A stretch of 64,000 nt of DNA, taken from assembly GCF_009914755.1 (NCBI RefSeq), contig NC_060933.1. One strand, written 5' to 3'. The stretch's first letter is position 1. The number at the start of each line of letters is the position of its first letter. The DNA is from the human T2T-CHM13v2.0 reference genome, Homo sapiens. The translations under genes were made by a program, and so were the position numbers. Below the pieces are notes generated by a model that was given only the letters and a program-made list of their open reading frames with translations, ran no database searches and had not been told where the DNA came from. This document shows, piece after piece, positions 1 through 12,410 of this stretch.

Positions 1-258
1 AGTTAACTAATAGCTTCCCAGGCAGGGTTGATGGCTCAGTCCTGACTAGCCATGTATTTTCAGTTCATGTACTGCCATGAAGTTCAAGATAGATATCAAA
101 TAGGTCTTTACATCAGATTTTTGGAGAAAGACTTAGTTTCTGCCTAATGAGCCTTTCCTGCAGTTCCTAAAGGTGGGAAACTTTGGGGCCTGCTTAGAAG
201 CTGAAAAGTATCGCTGATAATTGACAAATGTTAGTTTCTTTAGTAAATATTTGAACTA

Positions 259-328
259 AATCCTTTATGGAAAACAATTTATTCTTTTCAACTTAATCCT
301 TTATGGAAAACAATATTCTTTTCAACTT
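259..328. repeat. Tandem duplication, 36/34-bp unit
   Basis: aatcctttatggaaaacaat(tt)attcttttcaactt at 259-294 and 295-328. Confidence 0.9.
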
Positions 329-343
329 ACAACTTATGTTCAG

Positions 344-382
344 AAAACTTCTGCCTGTCCATCAACAGTTGAGTACAGATTT
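344..382 (+). CDS. Candidate internal exon A (39 nt, phase 2-2; KLLPVHQQLSTD)
   Basis: ttcag acceptor, gtaagt donor, open frame, non-repeat sequence. Confidence 0.35.
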
Positions 383-647
383 GTAAGTAGTGAATGCTTA
401 GCGTTTTCCTGTCAGGTAAATCATAAGAGAAAAATGCCTTTTCTTACTGAAGAATCTACAGATTTATTAAATAACAAATTGATAATAAGGATGTATTTAC
501 AAGTAATATCCAAATAATAGCCAGTTGCAATTTAGCACCTCCAGTTTCAGTGGGAAGTGATGTGTCAGCAGAATCTCCAAGTGCTTTTAGTGTTGACATG
601 AAGTTTTTGTTTCTTTCTTCACACATTTATATTTATGTATATTTCAG

Positions 648-701
648 TAATGACTTCCCCATATGTCTAGGAATATGCTCATATTTTTTCCCTCCTAAAA
701 T
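648..701 (+). CDS. Candidate internal exon B (54 nt, phase 2-2; NDFPICLGICSYFFPPK)
   Basis: T-rich tract plus tttcag acceptor, gtatgt donor, phase-compatible with exon A. Confidence 0.4.
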
Positions 702-728
702 GTATGTTAACAATTCATTTCTCTCTTC

Positions 729-863
729 TTTTTTTTAAAAAAATTATTTTTTGTAGAGACAGGTCTCACTATGGCTGGTCTTGACTCCTGACCTCAAGGG
801 ATCCTCCTCCTTCTGCCTCCCCACAGTGCTCAGTTAACAAGCATAAGTCACTGTGCTTGGCCC
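729..863 (-). mobile_element. Free Alu monomer (FLAM-like)
   Basis: T tract then gtagagacaggtctcact...ctcctgacctcaagggatcctcc...actgtgcttggcc; single arm only. Confidence 0.85.
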
Positions 864-999
864 ATTTCTCTGTAATATTAGTCTATCTTACTTCTTCATG
901 TCATAGGAAAACTTCCCTAAAGGGTGGGCTCTAATGCATTGTCTTCATTTTATCCCAGTTGTTTCATTAAACAAGTTTTCCTAGAAATATTTTGATGTT

Positions 1000-1535
1000 A
1001 TATTTGATGTATATACAAGAATATATGAGACATAGATGCAAATTATAAATCCATCATCTATGCAAGAAGTAGAACATTACCAATATGATTGCATTTTGAA
1101 GTGTCTCTCCCCTCTGACCCGCCTTTATTTTTCCCTGGAAGGTGACCATGATCCTGAATTCTGTTTGCCATTTTATGGCTTTTTTGTTATAAATATACAT
1201 GCCTACATTCATACATATATTATGTATACACACATATACATGTGATGTATTTTATTTTGTTTAATCCTTAGCTTTACACAAAGATTATATCATGTATCAC
1301 CTTCTGAGACTTGCTTATGTACCTGAGATTCACCCATGATGTTGCAGGTGGCTATAGTTACTTGATTTTACTGCTGAATATAACAAGTTATGTATCTGTT
1401 CTCCTGTCAGTGAACATTTGAGCATTTGAGTTGTTTGTGTGTTTTTCTCTATGATTAACACCACTACTACATACATTCTTATAGGTAGAAATTTTGTCTG
1501 TGGTACATACTTAGAAATGGAATTGCTGTGTTGCT
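1000..1535 (-). mobile_element. Ancient L1ME-type 3' fragment
   Basis: Degenerate motifs ctgagattcacccatgatgttgc, gtgaacatttgag, ttagaaatggaattgctg. Confidence 0.6.
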
Positions 1536-1544
1536 GTGTTTTTA

Positions 1545-1745
1545 TTCACTCTTCAGCTTACTGCTATTCCTCTACTGAAACCATTCTCTAAAGTTGCTAG
1601 TGAGTTTCTAATTACTACATGTAATAAACTTCGTTTTATATCTCATATTATTGATATTATTGACCCCTTGCTCCTTCATTATATGCTCTCCTTTTTTGAA
1701 ATTGATACCATTTATTCTGGATTTTCCTCCTGGCACTCTTCTGTG
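1545..1745 (+). mobile_element. L2 fragment
   Basis: ctactgaaaccattctctaaagttgctagtga...attctggattttcctcct resembles the L2 RT region. Confidence 0.6.
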
Positions 1746-1809
1746 TTTCATCCCAGATATCTTAGAAGGATTCTCATAATTTACCTGCTGTTTAGTGGTT
1801 GGCATGTAT

Positions 1810-2197
1810 GCTGGTTATTTATAATTGTTTAACAAACTACTTCAGAAACTGAACAGATACTTACATATATAGAGAGAATCACTGTTTGCTGGGCCAAAAA
1901 TTCAGGCAGTGCTTGGCTGGGCAATTTTTTTACTGGGATCACCTGCTGGTATTCAGCTGGTGTCTGGTTGGGTCTGGAGGATCCACGGATTTTTCACTCA
2001 AATATCTGACACCCTGGTGAGAAAGACGAAAGGCTGGCTCAGCTGAGCCATTCTCCTTCAGGCCCTCTCCATGTGATCTTTTCAGCAGAGGGATGGCTGA
2101 GTGTTCAGAGAGAGTAATGTATAACCAGCCCATTCTCTTAAAGACTAGGCCAGAAATTAGCTTGGTGTTACTTCTGCTATACTCTATCTGTCAAAAT
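1810..2197 (-). mobile_element. MLT1 (H/I/J-type) MaLR LTR
   Basis: taacaaactac...gggtctggaggatcc...acttctgctatactctat motifs of old MLT1. Confidence 0.7.
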
Positions 2198-2199
2198 TA

Positions 2200-2580
2200 T
2201 GTAATGGGTAAAACATTTTTCCATTATTTAAATTTGTATGTCCTTGACTATTATTATTATGGTTGAGTTTCTTTTAATATACTTATTTACTGATTGCTTT
2301 GCTTCTTCAGAGATTTAGCTGTTTGAATAATTTGTCCAATTTTGATTGGGAATTGTTTAAAAAGTAATTTGTCAGCAATTCTTGCCTGTTGGGGACATTA
2401 ATTCTTTGTGCACTGTGTGTTTTACAAGTATTGTCTTCCTACTTATGAAAACTTTCATTTGTTTTATGAAGCATATTTTGACATAAAGAATATAAAAAAT
2501 GTTACTATAGTCAAATTTGTTCATTTTCTCCCTTTATAGCTTTTGAGTCCCCTGTCTTGTTTAGAAAGAATTATCTTAAG
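2200..2580 (-). mobile_element. Old L1M ORF2-end fragment
   Basis: Degenerate L1 antisense motifs (ggttgagtttctttt, tagtcaaatttgttcattttctcc). Confidence 0.55.
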
Positions 2581-3289
2581 ATTTGTGGCCATACAGTTTG
2601 TTAATAGCAGTACAAAATAAGCACACCTTCCATAACATTCCTTACACTAAATAAAATAATCATAAACATGTCACTATATTGAATTCAGTTTAGAATAGCT
2701 CTATTATAATGATATATGGACACTAACTTGGAGGATTGATTAGCACAGCAAGCAGCAGATGCTTTACACAAACTGAGCTTTGAAAGAGAAGTTGTTATCC
2801 CTTGGGATTTTTAAAGCAGAGAATTCCTGGCAGCCATATGTCTTTTTGCCTTGTGTTTAGGTGATGTGTGTGTGTCCAGGAGGAAAAGGGCCTTTCCTCT
2901 CTTCTCAGTTTATTTAAGATAGGCAGATCCTTGTCTTCTGTGCTCTAGGAGTAGCAGTATTTGTGTGGAGAGATCCATTCAAAAGTCTAGATTCCCCTTC
3001 CCTAATTTCACACTAGCTTTGGCTATTTTTGATTTCATCTCTATTAAAGTCTCCTTCACCCTGCCACTCCTTCCCCGCTGCTCCCCAACTTGATCCTGGT
3101 CAGCAGCTCTAGCCTTCTGTTTGACCTGCTGGAGAGCTTATACTCTGGCCTAGAGTCAGTGTTTTTGCCTCTAAACTGAAGCCCCTGTAGGTGGTCACTG
3201 CTGGCAGCTTGAGGCTTTTGGCTTCCTTCAAGTTCTTTCTGATCCAGGAAACTGAATCCAAAGGAGCACAAAAAAGTGAATGAGAAAAC

Positions 3290-3584
3290 TATTTTGAAAT
3301 ATCCAATTAAGTTCTTATTGATTATAGTCATCCTATTGCACCATTACATATAGGTATTATTGATTCTATTTTTTTACCCATTAACCATCCCCAGCTCCCC
3401 TGCAACCCCCAAAAACTTAAAGAATGTAATTGGATTACTTGTAACTCAAAGGATAAATGCTTGAGGAGATGCATATCCCTATTCTCCATGTTGTGCTTAT
3501 TTTACATTGCATGCCTGTTTCAAATCATCTCACGTATCCCATAAATATATATACCTACTATGTACCCACAGAAAAATATTTTTT
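3290..3584 (+). mobile_element. 5'-inverted (twin-primed) L1MA1-3 3' end
   Basis: 3290-3410 is antisense and 3411-3584 sense, contiguous in L1MA 3' UTR coordinates; TSD aaaagtgaa(tg/ca)agaaa at 3272-3287 and 3585-3600. Confidence 0.85.
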
Positions 3585-3889
3585 AAAAGTGAACAAGAAA
3601 GGCCATCTTAGGGTTATTGATAAGTTACCCAAACACAATTTCCTTTTTTTATGTTAAGAAACTACGGTGGTTCTCAGGAGTCTGAAATGAAGACTCATTC
3701 ACTGGGAAGTGACACTTGGGTAATTTTCTTTTCCAAAATTCTTCTCCTGACCACACCCTAGTGAAAATCTTCACTGACCATCTCGTTTCTGAAATTACTT
3801 TCCCTGTCTTGGACACAATTCACAATATATTCTTTTTTTTTCCCCACTTCCATGGAGTTCCAATAAGGCCAGCAATAGAAAACCGTCAT

Positions 3890-4122
3890 GGTATGATAGC
3901 TGGAGTCTAGTCAATATGAGACCAACTCTCAGATCTACTATTTATGAAGTCAGGCCACTTAACCTGTTTCCCACTTAACCTGGAAACCTGTTCCCACTTA
4001 ACACAAGAAATATTAACATAAATCTTAACTTGCAGGATTGTCATCAGGATTACTGATAAGGTATAAAAATCATCTATAATAGTATTTGACACATTGTCAA
4101 GTCCTCAAGAAGATGGTAAATT
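3890..4122 (+). mobile_element. MIR
   Basis: gccacttaacctg core, gcaggattgtcatcaggatta, tgacacattgtcaagtcctcaa. Confidence 0.65.
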
Positions 4123-5399
4123 AATGTACTATATTTGTTTAGAATGTTATAATCAATATATAGGGACCAGGCTATAAGAGACCTCCAGGGAATATCAGTG
4201 CCATCCCAGGACTCCCAGAGAGGAAATATGTAGAGTAAGGTTCAAACTGTGTTTCAGGGATACATTTCTATATTATATGACTTATTCTCACTGGTCTGCA
4301 TCACCAAAAGTGTACTTGCTCTCAGTTAATGAAGATAAATTAATATTGACTTATTCTACTATAGGACTTATGCATTTACCTGAATCTAGAAATCAGAAAA
4401 AGGAGTATGCTAGAGTTTTTGTAAGCTTTCTTGTGACTTTAATCCTATCTTTATGGGTGGGATTTTAGGAGGGAAAAATTATCACTTGAACTTCAAATTA
4501 TAAATCTAAGACTTCAGTTCTCAATTCTGAAACTTAGTAGAAATTTTCAATCAAATTTCAGTGCAGAGTCCTTTGCCCAAACTAGCATCAGGCCAAATGT
4601 AAAAAGGGAAAGAAAATAAGGTATCAAGAATAATTATTCAGACATATATTATATGACTTATTTCCTAAAAAGATCCATATGTTCCTTTGTCCAAGATCAA
4701 TTCCCAAATTTTACACCCCTAAAAAAATTCAGAAATCAAATAAACAGTATTCTTTCAGCACTTCTGTAAGCCCTCAACAGAAGCCTAGATCCTATTCCTG
4801 CTCTTCCCAGAAAAGACCTCCCGAATGTTATATTAAAGATACTTTGCCAGTGTTATCCTTACACTTTGGCCTCTATGAGACTGATCATTTTATTTTAATT
4901 GCTTGATCCTTAGCTGTAATTAGTACTACCAGCTGTGCCCTCTCCTGGGCTTTCTTGACATAGCTAAGCCCATATGAACACTAATTAGAGACACTGGGAT
5001 TGATCACATTATCTCTCCTAGTTTCTGCCCTTGAAATGATCAGTTATTGCATATAAATACCCCATTACAGCGATGGGGTAGAGAGAGAGTACAGATGAAT
5101 ATGGCGTGCTTCACTATTTCTTGTTACAGGATGCAAATTTCTAGATTAAATGATCTGACAAGTCTAACATGCTCAATAAGGGACATAACCTAGGACTAGT
5201 CTGTCTCACTTTATGTTTTCCAGAGTTTATCGGTAGTTGATACTATTATTTAACCTCAGTATTTCATATTCTTACTAGTTTTTAAAATGTTTAGGGATAA
5301 TACCACAATTTTTTTTACCGGGGGTTTTCCAATCTCAAAGGTAGCTTAATGCTTTCATGTTGAAGGCTTTCAAATAGATTAATATAGATTTATATGTAC

Positions 5400-6320
5400 A
5401 AATATTCTCTTGTAATTCTAAGTTATTTTCTGTTACTGTTTTTTGCCATTCTCTAAGTTTATAGTTTATAATTCCTTACTTCCATTTTCAAAGTTTTCTT
5501 TTGTTCCGGTTGTAACTTTTAACTTAGTAACTAACTCATATTCATCCCTGGCTAGCAAGTAATACGTTTAAGGCAGGCTTCTTCTCTGAGTGTGTATATC
5601 AAAAGATTTTGAGTTATAACACTTTTCCATTTTAATAGAAGATATAGTCTTTGTTTTTGTTCATTTGGAATTCACTGAGGTTTTCTTTGTGGCTTAACAT
5701 ATTGTAATTTTTATAAATGTCCAATATGTAATTGAAAAAATAAACATATATTCTCCTTCTGCATTTGCATATTTAATATTTTCCTTTATTTATGTAAACC
5801 TAACTAATTATACTTCTCTATTTAATCTATCAAATACGAACATTCCCATTATAGTTATGCCTCTTTTCTAGTACAGGACATTTTATTTTATAACTTTGAA
5901 AACTAGTTCTGACGGTAATTGCCAGAATGTTCCCATTGTAACTTTGCTGTATTTATGTTTGAAGTTAATTAACAATTTGTGAAGAGATTCTTTGAGACTA
6001 TCATGCTTCTCATCAAACTTCTGTCACTTTTTTCTCAACATTGATAATTTCCTCCCTCCATTATTTCTTTTATATTTATTACCTGGCATTCTACTATAAG
6101 AAAAAACTTTTTCTTCCTTCATTAATTAATATTTCTGTAGGTTCATGGGTTATTATTTTATTCAATAGATTATAATCTATTGTTATGATTCTTTGTTTTG
6201 CTACCCTGTATTTGGCCAGTGAAAGCCTCTGGGAAATACAGGGGGCTCTTGTATGTTTTTGATATCTCTTCATCATTCCACGAGTACCTCCTTATATCTT
6301 GTCAGTTATCAAGATGTGAA
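5400..6320 (-). mobile_element. Old L1M/L1MC fragments
   Basis: ctttgtggcttaacatattgtaatttttataaatgtcc; tttggccagtgaaagcctct (L1MC4/5-like 3' region). Confidence 0.55.
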
Positions 6321-6714
6321 ACTATTTTTTTGGTATGTAAAGGCTCATGAAAATGTCTCTTTGTGTGGATGTAATTTCTCTTTTAATTTTATAACATCTA
6401 TATACTTTTGGTAAATAGAGTTTTTTTTTTTATTGTTGCCAATAGCCATACTTCTTAACATTGTGGCTCCTTTGGTTTTTACAGTAATATTCAAAAGGCA
6501 AGCACTAGTCAGGGTAGCGGAATCTTAGGAAATGTTAATGTCTTGTGACATTATGAAAAATGGTTCTAGTGAGTATAGGAGACAATTCAGTGAAGGAAAC
6601 TTTCATCGATATTTTAAAATGAAAACTGAAGGCACAAAAAGTTTCTAAAAAAGCAAAATAATCATTAATTGATTCAGTAGGTAATTGAATCAATTGAATT
6701 GATTCAGAGGATTA

Positions 6715-6990
6715 TGTATGTAAAGTAGTAAAAAAGTATATAGATGTTCAAATAAAATGGATCTGAATTTGAGTCCCAGCTCCACCACTTACTAGCTGAT
6801 AACCCTGCAGATTTTATTTAAAATCTCTAAACTTCAGCATTCTCATTCGTGTAATTACCATAGTATGTTATCAAACTCATAGGTCTGTTGTGATGGTTAA
6901 ATAATACGATGTAAATAAAGTGCTTAAACCAATGTCTAGTACATGGTGAGTGTTCCATAAATACTAACTCTTATAATCACTTTTATTATT
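6715..6990 (+). mobile_element. MIR, near full length
   Basis: tttgagtcccagctccaccacttactagctg...gtaaataaagtgcttaaaccaatgtctagtacatggtgagtg. Confidence 0.85.
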
Positions 6991-7043
6991 GTTAATAAAT
7001 TAAAAAATTAAAGTAATTGGTTCTTTACTTAGCTTTGCTTTCT

Positions 7044-7165
7044 TTCATTCATTTAGTCATCAAATTTCTGTTGAGCTCCTTTGTTCCAGCCTGTGTGCTC
7101 AGTCCTAGAGAGAACATCAATGAACAAAACAGACATGACTCCCATTTTCACAGAGTTCACAGCGA
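7044..7165 (-). mobile_element. L2 3' end
   Basis: ttcattcatt tail, gttgagctcc...tgtgctcag...aatgaacaaaacagacatgactccc. Confidence 0.8.
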
Positions 7166-7199
7166 AGTATTGAGGAAAAATAATTGAATCCTTCTTAAG

Positions 7200-7990
7200 T
7201 TTTTAAAAAGTAAATTAAAACATCTATAAAAATGCACAAAATATGAACATACTATAATTATTGTAACAATCCTCATGTAAACACCTTCTATGTCAAGAAA
7301 TAGCAAGCACAGCATTAGAACCCAGAAGCCCTGGAGCCCCTTATCTATCTTATTTCTTTCCTCCCTATAACCACTATCCTGAATTTTATAAGAAGAAATG
7401 TATTGGCTGTTTGGTTTGTATTATGACTTATATATGCCCTCTTAAATGATAATGTTAGTTTGCTTGCTTTTGAATTTTACCTAAATGTAAGCATACTATA
7501 TGAACTTTTCTCTGCCTTGCTTTATGTGTATTCATCTATAATCGTTTCTCCCCCCCGCAAACATTTTGTCTGTTAAGGTCATCTATATTGTTACTTCTTG
7601 TTTTGATTGCTCTAGTTGATGGACATTTGGTATGTTTCTCATTGTTGGCTACTGTGTTAGTCAGAGTTCTCTAGCAGGACAGAAGTAATAGGATAGATGT
7701 GTATATGAAGCACACATCTGTGGCAACACCCTCACAGAAACATCCAGAAACAGCACTTTGCATCCTTTAATTCAATCAAGTTGATACTTAATATTAACCA
7801 TCACAGCTACTATAAACTATGCTGCTCCGAACTTTCAAGTACATATCTCTTGGGCATAATTATGCTTACTTCCTTTGGGTATACCCAGAAGTTGAATTGT
7901 TGGGGTCATATGACAGACATATCTTCATACTTAGTAGATAATGGCAAATACATTTTTGAAGTAGTTGTCGCAATATATACTCACATTAGT
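7200..7990 (-). mobile_element. L1ME-type 3' fragment interrupted by MLT2
   Basis: gttgatggacatttgg...ttggcta continues after the LTR as tataaactatgctgct...tttgggtatacccagaag. Confidence 0.65.
7653..7805 (-). mobile_element. Internally deleted MLT2 (ERVL) solo LTR
   Basis: tgtgttagtcagagttctctag...aatcaagttgatacttaatattaaccatcaca with TG..CA ends and a perfect 5-bp TSD gctac. Confidence 0.85.
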
Positions 7991-8999
7991 GGTTTATCAT
8001 GTTTTATTTAAGAAAATAAAGAATCGGAGAAGAAGTCCACCAAATAAATCACTCCGGGAATTAAGTGGTGCTTTTTATGGCTTATGTTTATACTTGCTTC
8101 CATTTTCTTCTTCTTCTTTTTTTTTTTAATAATGTGACCCAGAGATACAATGTGCTTTTGTCCAGATTTAACTTTGACATAAACATGTCAGTACCCTTTG
8201 TATTTCCTGAGGCTTCTTTCTTTGCTAGATTGGCTGTGACATAGGAAGCCATTTACTCAGTGCCTTAGCTCTCTGTTGGGCTACTTGTTCACCCACTTTA
8301 ATTCTTTGAATAAAGTACAGAGAAGGGAAGATGAAGGGATGTTAAAGAGGGAGGAGAAGGGAAGGAAGAGACACAAGGAGATGATTCTTTTCAGTTTTAA
8401 AGTTTTTCTGCTAATCAAAACTAGGTAATAAAAGTGTTTGCAAAGTGTCCAAAGTTTTGAGAGTCATCATAGCCAGACTATAGGGTCTTACCCTTTCCAC
8501 TGAGGTATTAACATGGAGTCCCTTTGGACTTTTAATCTCCCTGTTTAGTCCTGAGAGTAATGCTAACTGCTGTAACAAATCAGCCTGCACATTTTAGTCA
8601 TCTCAATTAGGTGGCTTGCATTTCTGAACATCTGCAACTGGGTGACACTTGTGTCACTAGGTTTTTACCTCACTTGAGGAAGGTTTCCAATTTTAATTTC
8701 TCACACCTTTATTCAGTATTTTGAGCTCTCTCTTTACTTATGCCCGCTTTTGGAAATTTTAGGAAATTTTCACAGTTTGAGATCTAGGCTTCTAGACTAC
8801 AGGGGCTGTTGATTTTATTCACTGTCATGTGCTCTTTGTATGCTGAGCAACTTACTCCTGCACTAATCAAAATATGATTGTGTAGCTCCTTGAGATTTGT
8901 GTATCATAAGGTCCCAGTCACTTGGTGTACACAGGGCAAATTATAATTAGAGTCAACATCCTGTATTGGCTGGAAGCTCCCACCCCAAACTACAGAAAT

Positions 9000-9002
<3 letters not shown>

Positions 9003-9049
<47 letters not shown>

Positions 9050-9050
9050 T
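9003..9050. repeat. (GT)n microsatellite
   Basis: About 24 GT units with one interruption. Confidence 0.97.
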
Positions 9051-9342
9051 TTTCAGAAGAAGAAAGTATACAAAAAAAAGGCAATAAAAGGTTACTAAAA
9101 TAGAATTAAATAATTAATTATTATGAATGTAACCATAGTGTCATTGTATTCCTAAAGTGACGGTGAAAACTAAATACACATAAATAAATGTCAAAAAAGA
9201 TTGATTTTGCCATTATGATATAATTTATTTATTAGAGGGTGATCTTTATTACTCAATAATGTTCAAATTATTCTTTCCTCCTTAAGTCAGCAGATTTGTA
9301 GTTTTGATTTAGGATGCTTAGGATACGTGGAAGCAAAATGCT

Positions 9343-9361
9343 TCTCTCTCTCTCTCTCTCT

Positions 9362-9400
<39 letters not shown>
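9343..9400. repeat. Compound (TC)n(GT)n microsatellite
   Basis: Directly visible. Confidence 0.95.
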
Positions 9401-9402
<2 letters not shown>

Positions 9403-9775
9403 TTAAGTGCTTGGGCACAGCCTACATATGAGTGGTTATACACAGTGAGATATCATTTAAAAATTCTTTTAGATGTTGATTGAGCAATAATAACCAAAAT
9501 AACCTTGAAAAATGTTTCTTATACAATGGGACTATGAACATAATTTATTTATGTATCTCAGAACATACTCAGTTTCTATTATAATTAATATTTAGCAATT
9601 ATGAGATAAGGGAAATGATTTCTAGAGTCTGAACAACTGGCACAAAAACAAAATATTTTTTGTTATTTTTCATAAAATGATAAAAACATAAAATTTTGCT
9701 TTTATAGTTAAATGTTATAGCAGCATAGTGTCAACTATAAATTTAAGGCCTTCTGCTTGTAGTTTTCATTTGAAT

Positions 9776-9789
9776 CCAGTAGATGGCGT
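9776..9789 (+). promoter_or_regulatory. CTCF-like motif
   Basis: ccagtagatggcgt fits the CCASYAGRKGGCR core; CpG retained. Confidence 0.5.
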
Positions 9790-9926
9790 ATTTATTTCCT
9801 TTATAGGACAGCTACATTCTTGTTCTGTTACAGTGAACAGGGAATGAAAAAATCTTAGATTTATCATCTATTGAATGTTTTGTTGACAAATTATAGCTTT
9901 ATTTAGTATATAAAATTTACTCACAG

Positions 9927-9993
9927 TAGTGATCATAAACAGATACTTGAGATATGGTGGTTAGGTTTTGCTTGGAAAGTTGAAACAGATCAG
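9927..9993 (+). CDS. Candidate internal exon C (67 nt, phase 2-0; SDHKQILEIWWLGFAWKVETDQ)
   Basis: tttactcacag acceptor (NAGNAG cagtag), strong CAG|gtatgt donor, only one open frame. Confidence 0.45.
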
Positions 9994-10301
9994 GTATGTG
10001 CTTACAAGATACCTGTAGGGGTATCTTAGGTAAGGGTGTTCTTGGAGGCTAGGTCAAGCTGAAAGGGAATCTTTTTAAATCAGGTAGTAATTTATATAAG
10101 TTTCCATGCATGAAAAGGAGTGAAATTGAAGTCAACAGAACAGTGAAAGTCAAAGGCTGAGAAAAATTTGGCAAAGTGTCCAATGAGTGATGAAGTTGTG
10201 AACAGTTAACCAGATGGTTGAAAGTAAGGATATTACGGACTGAAGCCCAACTGAGGTCACATCTGGGGTCAAGATGGTTTAGGTCCCAAGTGTATGCACA
10301 C

Positions 10302-10806
10302 TGTATTAGTTTTCTATTGCTGCTGTAACCAATCACCAAACTGTTGTGGCTTAAAACAACACAAATGTATTATCTTGTAGTTCTGGAGGTTAGAAGTTCA
10401 AAATGAGTCTCACTAGGATAAAATCAATGTCAGCAGTACTGTGTTTCTTTCTGGTGGCTCTAAGAGAGGATTCATTTCCTTGCCTTTTTCTAGTTTCTCA
10501 TGCCTGGGATTATAGCTCCCTTCTGTCTTCAAAGCCAGCAGTGGTTTGTTGACTTTTTCTCACACTGCACCACTCTTGACTCATGCCTCCTGCTTTCCTT
10601 TTCGACTTAAAAGGTCCCTTGTGTTGCCCTTGCACCCACCTGGATATCTCAATATAATCTCCCTGTCTCAGGCCGTCTGATTAGTAACCTTAATTACCTT
10701 AACACATTTGCAACTTTAGTTTCCATTTGCTATGTAATGAAACATAACCACAGGTTCTGGAGACTAGGGCATGGCCATCTGTGAGGTTTCTCCTCTGCTC
10801 ACCATA
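10302..10806 (-). mobile_element. MLT1D-like MaLR solo LTR
   Basis: tgtattagttttctattgctgctgtaac...ggcttaaaacaacacaaatg...gttctggagg; TSD cacac/gacac. Confidence 0.88.
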
Positions 10807-11035
10807 GACACTGAGCATATTTCACACTTAAACGGCTGGCGGGGATAAATGTTTTTCTCCAAATAGTAAGACTAAATCAGGCTGGCCCAAATAAACATAC
10901 AATTCTATAACCACAGCTTGTTTATATAATCTGCAGGTTCATTCTCTGCACAGTGATAAGAACTACAGGTGAAGAAGAACAGGTTTGGGCCACTAATTCT
11001 CTTTCAGTTTCTTTCAAAGACAAAGCTTCATTTCT

Positions 11036-11570
11036 ATAAAAGTCAACATCCCTGCATGTTAAAAACCCTCAACAAACTGGGCATTGAAGGAACATACCTC
11101 GAAATAATGAGAGCCATCTATGACAAACCCACAGCCAACATCATACTAAATAGGCAAAAGCCGGAAGCATTCATCTTAAGAACTGGAACAAAATAAGGAT
11201 GTCCACTTTCACTACTCCTGTTCAACATAGTACTGGGAGTCCTAGCAAGAGCAATCAGGCAGGGGAAAGAAATAAAGGACATCCAAACTGGTAATGTGGA
11301 AGTCGCACTATCTCTACTTGCAGAAATTATCATTCTATACCTAGAAAACCCCAAGTCTCTATCCAAAGGCTCCTAGGGCTTATAAACAACTTCAGCAAAG
11401 TTTCAGGATACAAAAATCAATGTACAAAAATCACTAGCATTCTATACACCAATAACATCCAAGCTGAGAGTCAAATCAAGAATGCGATAACATTCACAAT
11501 TGGCACAAGAAGAATGAAATACCTAGAAATACAGGTAACCAGGGAGGTGAAATATCTCTATATTGAGATT
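11036..11570 (+). mobile_element. Isolated internal L1 ORF2 (RT) fragment, L1PA/PB-type
   Basis: Translates [35 protein letters not shown]; no 3' UTR or poly-A follows. Confidence 0.9.
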
Positions 11571-11732
11571 CACATTTCATTTGTTTCTCTTATGTTTCTT
11601 TATTCTGTGTCATAGTTTCCCTTGGAAAAAGCAGATTAAGAATCACAGACTTGCTTGTAATTTACCTGTTATTTACTTATTACTTTACTTATTTTACTTA
11701 ATTAGCTCATTAATGTCATAATATATACTTAA

Positions 11733-12027
<295 letters not shown>

Positions 12028-12107
12028 TATTCAAATTAGGTAAATGAGAGAAGCACTGTCATTTTTGGTGTTGACACTTAAAGCCTCAATTCTGATTTTG
12101 CTTATAG

Positions 12108-12156
12108 ATTCTTTCAGGTTACAGTGATGTTCATAAACTTTGGCTAGTTAATAAAT
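12108..12156 (+). CDS. Candidate internal exon D (49 nt, phase 0-1; ILSGYSDVHKLWLVNK)
   Basis: ttttgcttatag acceptor, weak gttagc donor; bridges the phases of C and E. Confidence 0.3.
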
Positions 12157-12232
12157 GTTAGCAAGTAATATTCCTGTAAATTAATAGAAAGTCAAACAAG
12201 TGTTAGCTCATCGCTCATGAAAATCTTCCATT

Positions 12233-12410
12233 TCAGTAGTTCTCAAAACTACTTCTACATTAAAAATTATCTGGTGAGTTTTAAGAAATATGACATGCAA
12301 AGTCCACCCTAAACCAATTAATTTCAAATCCCTGAGAATAAGGCCTGAACATTGGTATTACATGAAAGCTCCCTGGGTGTTTTGGATGTGCAGCCACAGT
12401 GAAGGACTGT
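12233..12410. mobile_element. MER5A-like hAT-Charlie MITE
   Basis: cagtagttctcaaa start, aagctccctgggtg..tggatgtgcagcca near the end. Confidence 0.7.
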
